Sequence record: MW812343.1
Length of the DNA: 64,000 nucleotides
Reading direction: 5' to 3' (one strand)
The position numbers and the translations under genes were made by a program. Positions 26,769-35,762 of the stretch are shown here, piece after piece (position 1 is the first letter of the stretch; each line of letters starts with the position of its first letter). The notes under the pieces are model-generated. The model saw only the letters and a program-made list of their open reading frames with translations. It did not search any database and was not told the origin of the DNA.

Positions 26769-29700
26769 TCAATCTCTAATCACGAGAGCTTTATAATTGC
26801 TACCACTCTGTTTAAGCTCCATTCCCGAGAAGTTAATGTAGCCCGGAAGCCCATCGCCTACTCCGACCGCACCAGCGTTGTTATCAGCAATAACCTTCTT
26901 CTTGAGTTCCGTTGTGCCACTGCCTGCAAACGCACCCTCGTAAAGACGAACCCTGCCCAACTCACTGTAGTTGTTCAGGTAGTCCATTGCGGAGGTGTAC
27001 CGGTGTTGAGCGGTAAATTGCCCTGCGGTATAACTCACCTTCAGCTGAATGGCCTTATTCAACATAGCACCCACGCCGAAATACACCGGGGTAGCCGGTG
27101 AGTTCAATAGCGTCGCGATATCGATATCCGCATCCGCTAAACGGCTGGTGATGTCGATTGTGCTGGTCTCACTCGTGTCTGTGCGTGTAATCGCCAGAGT
27201 TGATGCCGCGGCACCGAGAGTGAGGGTATAGTTGATGGTATAGCCGAGCAGGGTGGCAGTTCCGTTAATAACAATGTTGCTACCTCGGGTGAGGTTGTAC
27301 GTTATTTTCGGATTCAGCTTATCAAACGAAGACGCGGTAGTGTAACGTGATTCGTTGATACCCAACGTGAAGCTGTTGATTTTTGAAGTGACTTTTCGCC
27401 AGTTACCGTAAAGCGCAAGGTTTACACGGTTACCGGCTGGGCTGTTCACCCCAGACGTGGTTGCACCTAAGGACAGCGTGCGGAACTGATCACCCTTACG
27501 GTACACTAACAGGTGCACGACTGCATCACCTGACGGCGCATCGTTGTTGGTTGGGAATTCAACATTCACACCCTTCACGGTGGACAACGGGGTGACGTTA
27601 AGCCAGTTCGCCACACCTGCACCGAGCGTGGTTTGGAACCCGCCACTGATAGGTATACCCGCCACGTTAGCCGTCAAGCCATCGGGCAAGAACTCGCGCC
27701 AGTCACTTCCTACGTTATTAACTGCACCTGAACCACCCACCCATGACACCCCATCGGGGTTGTACGTGTAGCCAAAGTCCGCCTGCGAGACAATACGCGG
27801 GGTGTGGGCGCTGACGTCAGCTGCGTGGTCAGACAGTTCACGGTAGTCACCAAGACGGGTCACGTTACGCACCGAAGCGCTCACGATACCGTCCTCTTCC
27901 GTAAAGATATCACCGATATGCGTCATCGTTTCCGACTCTGCAACGTCTGTGTTGTCTTTAATGACGTAGACCGCTTTGTTATCCACGATATCCACGTAGA
28001 TACCCAGCGTGACATCTTCATGGTTTGCTGGGAACAGTTCTGCCACGTTGTACGTCGCCAATGGAACGGCATAATCGTGACCGGCGAAATAGTTGTTCGC
28101 TTTTACCGTGACCATCCAGCCCGTAAAGGTAACGCCCGCCTGAATCTCACCGTTACCACTCTCCCCGTAACGCAGAATGTCAATCACCGCATTCGGATCA
28201 CTGTCGTTCTTAGCGGACTCAAGCGTCGCAACGTCTTTGAGTTGCTGAACCACATACGACCCATCGAGGGCGAGCGTCGCATCGTTGACCAAACCACCAT
28301 AGCGAATCAGACCGGCTTTGGCTGTTGTGGCTGAGCCGATACCGAATGCTGATGCGTCGTGCGTGTGACCCACCTGTGCGTACTTGGCAAACTCGGTCGC
28401 TTGCGCGTCCGATACCGGCAATGCCGCGTCACTGACGTTTTCCACTTTACCGAGGTTCAGGGTGTACTTATCGATGGTCACCGATGAGGCCAGTGATACG
28501 CCATTGATGTACGCACGCGCCTTCTCCAGTTTTCCGGTAAATGTCTGCGCCAGCTTCTTAATCAGTGCCGGTGTAGCGGCGAGCGATTCAGAGTCGCCGA
28601 AGTCATTTGTCAGCAACCGTAACGCCAACGTATTCACGTTAGAGTCATCAGGCGGTGTAAACGTCAGGATAAACGGCTGGGCTTCGATCCCGTTACCAGT
28701 AATAGTCACCGTTGTGGTATTGGCACCGTAGTAGATGCCGTCACCACCCCCACTGTTCCCCGGCAGGTACTGACCGACAGTTGTCGGGTCGAGTATGATT
28801 TTGTTATTCCAGCGCAGACCACGCGAGTCTGGATAGAGCACAAAACTGTTCCCGCCTGCTTTGAACGTGATGGGTTGGTTGCCTGCGGAGACCGTGATAT
28901 TGTCACGCGCCAATGCACGAACCGCTTTGTCATCGACTTGCAAGTTGGTACCAACACCTTTGGACTCGTTGTCCTTCGATGAAGTTACCGACGCCAAACC
29001 GGGCATCATGGTGAACGTTCCGGTAATTGTCCGGTCAGCGCCAGTGCGCAGCATTTTATCGGTAAAGTCCGATGCCTTCGCACTGAGGCCATTCACGTAG
29101 GTCGCTAATTGCGCCTGTGTACGACCGTAGACGAGTGTCGCATCGTCCGCAATCCCGTTAGTCTCAATAGCCCGCATTCGTCCGTAAGAGTCATCCCCAT
29201 GCGGGTTATTCTTATCGGTAACGTGAGCAATCGCTGGCGCATTACGGTATAAGCCATCAACCAGCTCATGGTACTTTTTGAGGATGGTTAAGACATCGCT
29301 ACCGTCCGGCTTCTCCACATTTGCACCGGGCATTGTGTCTACCGAGAATGTATCGCCAACGTCTCCGTAGAACCAATAACGGATATCGGTTGTACGCTTA
29401 GACAAGCGCACGCCGATGGATTGTGATGCCCACAAAGCTGTTAACGATGCCGGGGGGTTTTTGAAGTCCAGTGTGGTGTCGAGAATTGTGGCATTATCTT
29501 GAACGACACGGATGGTCATTGTATCGTTTGTCCAGCTGTTGTCAACGAACACCTTAAACGGTTTCGCAAAGAAAGCAGCGGTCGAAATTGCCACGGATGC
29601 GAATGGTGTATTCAGGTAGTCGTATCTCCCGCCATTAGGATCGCGACAATATAGAATAGCCTGAAGCTCACCACTGACGTACCTTAAATGAATACCCGCA

Positions 29701-30458
29701 AAACCATTCCCCCAGTAACTACGTAGCGATAGTTCAAAATTATCGACAGATGACATGACTTGCGAAGGAAGATTAAATGTCATTGCCAGCGTATAATCTT
29801 TCAGGTAACTGTTGGTGCCCTGAATGATGTAAAACGGGCTACTTGGCTTTTTGGCAAATTTCCAACTGGCATCATTCTGATACACAACTTCACCACGGCT
29901 ATAGTTACCTTCGTAGTTAGTGAAGCCGTACGTATTAATAACAATTGGATCTGGGATAGGTGGCAACTCAGTCAGCTTTTTACCAATGGCCGCGATTGCG
30001 GTCATCAGCTCACGCTCACCTTTCCAATTCTCCCAATCGAACTGAATATCGACCGGCGGGAAATACACATCCCCAATGACCATTTCCCATTGGCAATCAG
30101 AAGGAAACGCGTCTTTATTACGCTCACGCTCAGCTGTTATCTGTGCTGTGGTTCCCACGCCGATACCGACCGCATGGTAATCGAGTGTGAAGTTTTGCGT
30201 GTAGTTGGGGTTGACAATCCAAATCATGCCATGCGTGGCGCGACCGGTGCGCTGCATGGATGTCATGTATGGATGTGTAATGACATAGTCCGCGGCCAGC
30301 TTTAAAATCTTACCGCCACTTTTGACGACCAATGATCCGGTGTAAAAAGGGCCATTCTTCGGGACCAGCATACGGTACTTCGTACCAATGACGGTTCCCG
30401 GCTCACCGGTAATTTTATTACCCGGTAATTTTTGATGCGGGTCAAAGACGACAGCCAT
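26769..30458 (-). CDS. Large tail fibre / baseplate fibre protein (1229 aa)
   Basis: Homologous N-terminal domain; HVTDKNNPHG, LNLGKVENVSD..LPVS and HTHD motifs. Confidence 0.75.
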   Translation of the reverse strand: MAVVFDPHQKLPGNKITGEPGTVIGTKYRMLVPKNGPFYTGSLVVKSGGKILKLAADYVITHPYMTSMQRTGRATHGMIWIVNPNYTQNFTLDYHAVGIGVGTTAQITAERERNKDAFPSDCQWEMVIGDVYFPPVDIQFDWENWKGERELMTAIAAIGKKLTELPPIPDPIVINTYGFTNYEGNYSRGEVVYQNDASWKFAKKPSSPFYIIQGTNSYLKDYTLAMTFNLPSQVMSSVDNFELSLRSYWGNGFAGIHLRYVSGELQAILYCRDPNGGRYDYLNTPFASVAISTAAFFAKPFKVFVDNSWTNDTMTIRVVQDNATILDTTLDFKNPPASLTALWASQSIGVRLSKRTTDIRYWFYGDVGDTFSVDTMPGANVEKPDGSDVLTILKKYHELVDGLYRNAPAIAHVTDKNNPHGDDSYGRMRAIETNGIADDATLVYGRTQAQLATYVNGLSAKASDFTDKMLRTGADRTITGTFTMMPGLASVTSSKDNESKGVGTNLQVDDKAVRALARDNITVSAGNQPITFKAGGNSFVLYPDSRGLRWNNKIILDPTTVGQYLPGNSGGGDGIYYGANTTTVTITGNGIEAQPFILTFTPPDDSNVNTLALRLLTNDFGDSESLAATPALIKKLAQTFTGKLEKARAYINGVSLASSVTIDKYTLNLGKVENVSDAALPVSDAQATEFAKYAQVGHTHDASAFGIGSATTAKAGLIRYGGLVNDATLALDGSYVVQQLKDVATLESAKNDSDPNAVIDILRYGESGNGEIQAGVTFTGWMVTVKANNYFAGHDYAVPLATYNVAELFPANHEDVTLGIYVDIVDNKAVYVIKDNTDVAESETMTHIGDIFTEEDGIVSASVRNVTRLGDYRELSDHAADVSAHTPRIVSQADFGYTYNPDGVSWVGGSGAVNNVGSDWREFLPDGLTANVAGIPISGGFQTTLGAGVANWLNVTPLSTVKGVNVEFPTNNDAPSGDAVVHLLVYRKGDQFRTLSLGATTSGVNSPAGNRVNLALYGNWRKVTSKINSFTLGINESRYTTASSFDKLNPKITYNLTRGSNIVINGTATLLGYTINYTLTLGAAASTLAITRTDTSETSTIDITSRLADADIDIATLLNSPATPVYFGVGAMLNKAIQLKVSYTAGQFTAQHRYTSAMDYLNNYSELGRVRLYEGAFAGSGTTELKKKVIADNNAGAVGVGDGLPGYINFSGMELKQSGSNYKALVIRD

Positions 30459-30490
30459 TTTCTACTCCTTAATATCCAAGTCGTCGAGTT

Positions 30491-30499
30491 CATACTATG
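30491..30499. promoter_or_regulatory. Candidate back-to-back late promoters (CATA-C-TATG)
   Basis: TATG occurs on both strands in the 66-nt gap between divergent virion genes. TATG is the phiKZ late-promoter consensus, but it is only 4 nt long. Confidence 0.35.
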
Positions 30500-30524
30500 A
30501 CCTGAACCCTTAGAGGAATCGCTT

Positions 30525-31784
30525 GTGGATGCTATTTATCAAGTGCGGGGCGACTGTGCATTTGGCTTCTCCAGAGACACCCGGACTTGGGTTGCCATCG
30601 ACGTTTCCCAGCCATTAAAAACACTCTGTGGGAATTACCACACTTTCGAAGTGGGGTTAGAATCCCTTGGACGCGAGTTCACCTTATTCAGTCTTTATTA
30701 CTTAGGCGAACTCCAGCAACGTTCCGATACGTTGCAAGACTGGTTAAACACCAAAGCGGGGGTAGCCTTATCCACGCTAAAAGATGGTTTGCCTAAGCTT
30801 GAGTTCGTGGAAGGCCATTATCAGTGCCTGAGCGCGCCTGTGGGGCCAGAAGCCTATCTCTGCCCACCGAACTATCATTACAGCCAAGACTTCGCCATAG
30901 ACGACGCCAGCGACGTTGTGGTGCTGGCGACTGGCGACAACCGCACCATCTTGGCCACCAATGCGTTGTTCAACGTGAACGGTCAGTGGGTACCTCACAA
31001 GCAAGACACTGTGGGTGTGCGCTTACAAGGTGCGGGGAATGTTGTCCGTCGAAGTGGGCAAGTGGATATCGGGTGCTGGTTCTTTGATGATATCGGCTCG
31101 GTTGAAACCTATCCGTTAAAAGACCTGACCCTGAACAAACTCGACACCTCCCGTGACTACCATTCTACGCTGATGGTCACACTCCCGACGAGCATTACCG
31201 GGAAAACGGTTGGGTATGTGATTGGCGGCATTCTGCATTGGTTGAAGCCAGAGTTCTATTTCAGCGACAAAGCAATTATGTTGAGTCTGCCGAACATGAG
31301 CCTGATTAAGACCATGATGGAAACGCGCGAGTATTACGACTGGGAGAAAATCGGTTTAGGTGATTTGTCTACACCGACTGCGGTGAACGCACTCAAGAAC
31401 CCGGAGAACTTCAAGGCATTACTCCAACATGAGTCAAGTTTCATCTTCCTCGTGGACAATCCGTATCTGGAGTTTGAAGAACTCGGTTTGAACCATGGAG
31501 CATCGTACGGACGCTTCCACCTACGTGACCCGAAAGACATCGACAGCGAAAAACCATTAGGTCCGCTGTTCAACCAATTCGGGAAATGTATTGGGTATTG
31601 GCCGACGTGGGAAGAAGGGGAGTGGACTTTCCACACCGGAGAACTGACCCGTCCTAATTGGCTGTTTAACCACAGCAAGTGGCAGAATCAGAATCTGGTG
31701 AATGATGCTATCCCGATCCACAGCCATCAGCCGTACCGTGTCATCAACGCGTCCATGAAACGTGTTAAGGCACGAAAAAAATAA
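30525..31784 (+). CDS. Putative virion structural protein (conserved in phiKZ-like phages)
   Basis: 419 aa; GTG start after GAGGA; function inferred from position next to the fibre cluster only. Confidence 0.55.
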   Translation: MDAIYQVRGDCAFGFSRDTRTWVAIDVSQPLKTLCGNYHTFEVGLESLGREFTLFSLYYLGELQQRSDTLQDWLNTKAGVALSTLKDGLPKLEFVEGHYQCLSAPVGPEAYLCPPNYHYSQDFAIDDASDVVVLATGDNRTILATNALFNVNGQWVPHKQDTVGVRLQGAGNVVRRSGQVDIGCWFFDDIGSVETYPLKDLTLNKLDTSRDYHSTLMVTLPTSITGKTVGYVIGGILHWLKPEFYFSDKAIMLSLPNMSLIKTMMETREYYDWEKIGLGDLSTPTAVNALKNPENFKALLQHESSFIFLVDNPYLEFEELGLNHGASYGRFHLRDPKDIDSEKPLGPLFNQFGKCIGYWPTWEEGEWTFHTGELTRPNWLFNHSKWQNQNLVNDAIPIHSHQPYRVINASMKRVKARKK

Positions 31785-31831
31785 CCGAGCTACCTCTCCT
31801 TCACGGGAGAGGTAGTGGTTTTACTTTTTTT
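31781..31831. terminator. Bidirectional intrinsic terminator (CTAC/GTAG family)
   Basis: CTACCTCTCC-TTCACG-GGAGAGGTAG with flanking A/T tracts, between convergent genes. Confidence 0.8.
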
Positions 31832-31833
31832 GC

Positions 31834-32043
31834 TTATTCAGCTTTGTAGACGATAGCGTCGCCGTGCTGGGTATTGTTACCGGAAATACCAATCACTTTG
31901 AACGCGTCGCCGCCTGCTTCTTCGGCTTTCTTAGCCAGCGCGGCAGTTACGTCATCAACAGTCGAACCGGTAGCACTGACGTTACCGATTTTCTTGTAGT
32001 TGGACGGAATGGTTTCTGCGCTTGCAAACTCTTTAATACTCAT
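31834..32043 (-). CDS. DUF1471 (BhsA/McbA/YdgH-like) domain protein lacking a signal peptide
   Basis: KIGNVSATGSTVDDVTAALAKKAEEAGGDAFKVIGISGNNTQHGDAIVYK matches the DUF1471 pattern. ATG at 32043 follows GAGGA. Confidence 0.8.
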   Translation of the reverse strand: MSIKEFASAETIPSNYKKIGNVSATGSTVDDVTAALAKKAEEAGGDAFKVIGISGNNTQHGDAIVYKAE

Positions 32044-32106
32044 TAGAAAAATCCTCTTTCTGATTAAAGGCACAATGCCATCTAGCATATTAACGAGCCG
32101 GTATGT

Positions 32107-32144
32107 AAAAAAGAAAAGTACCCTACTCCGAAGAGTAGGGTTTT
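32107..32144 (-). terminator. Intrinsic terminator (CCTAC/GTAGG family)
   Basis: ACCCTACTC-CGAA-GAGTAGGGT with an A-tract on the left, which is a U-tract on the minus strand. Confidence 0.75.
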
Positions 32145-32175
32145 CCCATGACTTTAATTTAGACCGAGGTCTGTC

Positions 32176-32226
32176 ATGCCTATTGTGAACATCTTCAAAT
32201 TAGCGCTGAAAAAAGTGGCTGCTTAA
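32176..32226 (+). CDS. Possible 16-aa peptide MPIVNIFKLALKKVAA
   Basis: GAGGT SD 5 nt before ATG; below the size cutoff of the ORF track. Confidence 0.3.
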   Translation: MPIVNIFKLALKKVAA

Positions 32227-32296
32227 CAAGACGGGGTTTAATGTCGTCGAGTATTCGACAGCTTGACGTTTGTCATAATAGACAGTCGTCATGTAA

Positions 32297-32551
32297 TTAA
32301 TGTTTCTGTTCAGCCCGCTTGGTGTGGAATACCATATCACGCTTAGCCGGGGTCAGTATCGGATAGTCAACGAAACCCGGTTGGTTGCGGTTCTTTTCTT
32401 TGGCTTCTTTCGAGGCCCAGAAAGGAACATCCAGCACAAACACCAGTTCCCCACGCGCCACAGGACCAGCGTAACCCTGCTGGCCTACGACTGAGCTGTC
32501 GATAATACCGGGTTGTCTCGTAGGAATAATCATTCTGTCTTTGATACCCAT
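32297..32551 (-). CDS. Hypothetical protein downstream of the spike gene
   Basis: 84 aa; AAGGA RBS 11 nt after the spike gene stop. Confidence 0.6.
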   Translation of the reverse strand: MGIKDRMIIPTRQPGIIDSSVVGQQGYAGPVARGELVFVLDVPFWASKEAKEKNRNQPGFVDYPILTPAKRDMVFHTKRAEQKH

Positions 32552-32562
32552 CGTTCTGTCCT

Positions 32563-33510
32563 TTATTGCGGTTTCGATACCAGCTGACCATCACCTTGTT
32601 CGCGGTGTGTGTGAACGGAGAACGTGATGTTCGCAATCTTCGCATCGGTCACAGTAAACAGTCCTTTACCTTCACCTGTTCCACCGTACAGGAAGTCTTT
32701 CACCACCTCCACATTACCGGTGAACTTGGACTTCGGTGAATCAACCAGCCAGTCTTGTGTTTTGAAGGTGGCAGACTTACCAGCCGTCACGTCCCACACC
32801 TCACATTTCCCTTTGATGGTTTTGGTTTCCATGTTTATCGATTTCTTCGAGAACATGAAGATGTCTTCTTTGTTCATGTTGATTTTCGATAGCATGGCAT
32901 TCTCAAACCCAAGGTCATATTCCAGTGAGTTCATGTAATACTGGTTGCCGAGGTGGTCACGGCATATCCACGTACCGTCACGGGTGTTGAACTGGTGAAT
33001 GTATGCGGCTTTCTCCCCGTTCATCATTGATGTACGGAGTGTGATGTGCCCGTCCATCGGCGAGTAGTTCACCACATAGGCATTCGACAGGTCATCGGCC
33101 ATCATGTTATTCGGGTCAGCGGAGAACGCAAAGATAGCATCCTCTAACCGTTTCACGTTTGCGGTGTTCAGGTCAACCCAAAAGAAGATGTCCGTTTCGC
33201 CCAGTTGGTAGATTAACACTTGGTCTTCTTTACGGACATTCGGAGAGTTGACCCGGTTGGAGTTGAATTTCCACCACCGTGCGGTGATGGTGTTCCCCTC
33301 TTTGACTTTCAGGTTATCGGTTGCGGTGCCCGTGGAGTGGGTTTTTTCTGTTTCCATCTCTTGGACAGCAACCTTGGTCGGTTCCATGAAGCTGACTTCA
33401 ATGGGAATGATTCTCACGATATCGGTTTTGCGTGCCTTGTCCTCGGCAACGATACCCAGAGAATAGAAATGGACTTGAGACTTTTCCACGTTTACCTCCT
33501 CGGTTCTCAT
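32563..33510 (-). CDS. Baseplate central spike (gpV/gp138-like: OB-fold, beta-helix, apical HxH)
   Basis: N-terminal SLGIVAED...V.IIP...RVNSPNVRK.DQV.IY; short beta-repeat middle; C-terminal VHTHREQGDG..VSKPQ. Confidence 0.7.
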   Translation of the reverse strand: MRTEEVNVEKSQVHFYSLGIVAEDKARKTDIVRIIPIEVSFMEPTKVAVQEMETEKTHSTGTATDNLKVKEGNTITARWWKFNSNRVNSPNVRKEDQVLIYQLGETDIFFWVDLNTANVKRLEDAIFAFSADPNNMMADDLSNAYVVNYSPMDGHITLRTSMMNGEKAAYIHQFNTRDGTWICRDHLGNQYYMNSLEYDLGFENAMLSKINMNKEDIFMFSKKSINMETKTIKGKCEVWDVTAGKSATFKTQDWLVDSPKSKFTGNVEVVKDFLYGGTGEGKGLFTVTDAKIANITFSVHTHREQGDGQLVSKPQ

Positions 33511-33782
33511 ATTACTCCCTTTTTTACAGATCAGTGCCTTCTTGTGCCAAAGGGATACCTGCGGGGGAAAGGGGGGATTTGTGAGACTATTCCATAGATC
33601 AGCGGAGGTAGCGTCCCTGCTACCGACACCCTTTATTCTTTTATTCTTTTTGTCTTGACGTTGACCTATTCTTTTTTACAGCAGCAAACAGTCGTATGGC
33701 AATACGCCATACGGATACCGTGTTCGTTTCCCGGTTGTGGAACCGTCGGTTATTCTTTCTTCCTTTTTCAGAGGTATTAGAA

Positions 33783-34490
33783 ATGAGCAGAATCAATTAC
33801 GACTTCGACTTTAAGTTAGGTGCTAAGCTCTTAGAAGAGAATGTTCTTCGCACCCCAAATTCTCATTGGCGTGTGAAATTTGGGAAACTCCTTGCGGAAT
33901 CTGGCTTACGGGCTATCGCGTCTCCGTACTACAACATTCGCGATTTGGTTCCCGTTCAGCCCTGCGAAGACCGTGAAGGGGGTGAGGTGATTCTCGAATT
34001 CAAAAATAACGAATACCTTCGCCAATTAGAGAACCACTACGCGAAGATGCTCATGACCGCGTATGCAGCGGTTGATAAAGGCGTCACGGTTAGCATAACG
34101 GCACCTACACTGACTATTCGACGGCATGGTAACTCTAACACAAGCGTTGTGTTAGAACTGTGGGTGAAAGGTAACATTAACGATGGTCATCCGCAAGGCG
34201 TGAAGCCGTTTACGGAATGCTTTGTCTTTGAAGCGCAAATGACGCGTGATCCCTACCCTACCGGCACCACGGAGTTTGGCACGGACGAAGAACGGATACC
34301 GGACGTAGCGGAGCGCAGCATCAACTCCCCGGTTTATCTGGTGCAGGCACAGAACGTGAAGACAACCTTTGGTGTCACCGCCAAAGAGAACCCGGAGCGT
34401 ATCTACCTGATGGCCCGTTGGGCAGGCTGGAGTGAAGTGAAATTCTACGGCGGTCAGGTGTTATTGATTGCAAGACTGTCTATCGGTTAA
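33783..34490 (+). CDS. Hypothetical protein
   Basis: ATG at 33783 after GAGG is preferred to the 33696 start in the ORF track. Confidence 0.75.
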   Translation: MSRINYDFDFKLGAKLLEENVLRTPNSHWRVKFGKLLAESGLRAIASPYYNIRDLVPVQPCEDREGGEVILEFKNNEYLRQLENHYAKMLMTAYAAVDKGVTVSITAPTLTIRRHGNSNTSVVLELWVKGNINDGHPQGVKPFTECFVFEAQMTRDPYPTGTTEFGTDEERIPDVAERSINSPVYLVQAQNVKTTFGVTAKENPERIYLMARWAGWSEVKFYGGQVLLIARLSIG

Positions 34491-34494
34491 CACG

Positions 34495-34527
34495 GTGGGG
34501 CTTCGGCCCCACTCTGATTATATTTTT
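34495..34527 (+). terminator. Intrinsic terminator (cUUCGg tetraloop)
   Basis: GTGGGGC-TTCG-GCCCCAC followed by an AT/T-rich tract. Confidence 0.7.
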
Positions 34528-34545
34528 TCTCAGATATATATTACC
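34528..34545 (+). promoter_or_regulatory. Early (virion RNAP) promoter motif, copy 1
   Basis: TCTCAGATATATATTACC contains the phiKZ early consensus TATATTAC and is identical to 37519..37536. Confidence 0.7.
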
Positions 34546-34598
34546 TGAGTGAGATTGCATTCGTAATCTTTAACCTTACTGACTATCGAGGAACACGT

Positions 34599-35138
34599 AT
34601 GTTCATTTTACAGACCCACCACGAACTAATGACTGACGCTAAGTACCACCACTGCGACGCGGCGAAAGAGTATCGCTTTCCTGTAAGCCTAGACCATTTA
34701 CTGTACCTAAAGAAGCTGACGTACCTCGTGACGCTGGACGGCGATAAAGCCACACACGTTCAACCACTGACCATGGTGGGGGATACCTGTTATCTTTACG
34801 TCGACAAAATCAGCATCGGTGCGCTAAGCGCGCTACGTTTACTGTTAGGCCCATTCAGGAATACACATAAGGCGTTGTTTCAAATCGTCTGCAAGCCAGA
34901 AGGTCGTGATGTGGCAATCCCAGCACGTTATTACGGGTTTGCAGTTCCTAAAGAAATGGCCACACTGGAGCATCTTTCTAAAGTCATGGCTGAAGAAGTT
35001 GCACGCATCCAGTTGGAAACTATCGCGGAGTTACCAGAAGGGCAGGAACTGGTCATGCAGTGGTCACCCGATGAGGATTTGGCTGAATACCTTATCGATA
35101 ACGGTTTTACGTTTGCAAACGTTGTTTACGATTTATAG
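34599..35138 (+). CDS. Hypothetical protein (probably early)
   Basis: 179 aa; GAGG RBS within GACTATCGAGG. Confidence 0.75.
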   Translation: MFILQTHHELMTDAKYHHCDAAKEYRFPVSLDHLLYLKKLTYLVTLDGDKATHVQPLTMVGDTCYLYVDKISIGALSALRLLLGPFRNTHKALFQIVCKPEGRDVAIPARYYGFAVPKEMATLEHLSKVMAEEVARIQLETIAELPEGQELVMQWSPDEDLAEYLIDNGFTFANVVYDL

Positions 35139-35156
35139 ACTATCGAGGAAGCTACT

Positions 35157-35762
35157 ATGTGTCAATTTCCAGATTTTAAAGATATCCTGAATGAACTTGA
35201 GCAGGATGCAGACAGTGTTGAGTACGCAGAGTTAGCGCGGTTCTTACCCAACGACACGTCTAACCTCTACGATATCGTAGATCCCGAAGCAGTATTAAGT
35301 GTCAGCCTTATCCGGGCGCAGAACACGGGGTTCGCAAAGAACCTGTTTGGTGATCTGTTCAATGGTCTGAATCGTGACATGCTCATCAGTTCCTCACAAC
35401 TTCGAGTGGAAGCTTCGACGATACGCATTCGTCGCTGGGGCAGAAGCGTTCGGGTCATGGGGGTGTCCTTGTTTTACAAACCCAATCTGTTCCCGGACGA
35501 CAGAGGTCCAATCGAAATACACCTCGCGCTTCGGGACGGATGGGAAGATACGTGGATGGCGGTCGAGCATGATAAGTTTCCTGACCCAAACGATGTTACA
35601 GCCAACGAACCGATGCGGTTACTTTCCGCGAACGACCTGCGCGCTATTTGCAGTCCTTTAATCCCGCGCGAACACCACCCCCGCGTTATTGCCGCATTAG
35701 CTAACCAATATGGTTGGCGCAGGGCAGTTCCAGCAGGTAACCAAGTATGCTTAATCGGATGA
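35157..35762 (+). CDS. Hypothetical protein
   Basis: 201 aa; GAGG RBS within GACTATCGAGG. Confidence 0.75.
   Translation: MCQFPDFKDILNELEQDADSVEYAELARFLPNDTSNLYDIVDPEAVLSVSLIRAQNTGFAKNLFGDLFNGLNRDMLISSSQLRVEASTIRIRRWGRSVRVMGVSLFYKPNLFPDDRGPIEIHLALRDGWEDTWMAVEHDKFPDPNDVTANEPMRLLSANDLRAICSPLIPREHHPRVIAALANQYGWRRAVPAGNQVCLIG

Noticed and set aside
16402-30458. Diversity-generating retroelement or invertible segment acting on the fibre genes
   Set aside because: No reverse transcriptase, recombinase or near-identical template/variable repeat pair was noticed in this window. A self dot-plot would be needed to exclude it fully.
33551-33578. G-quadruplex in the G-rich intergenic tract
   Set aside because: There are only three separate G-runs, so a canonical four-tract G4 is not supported.
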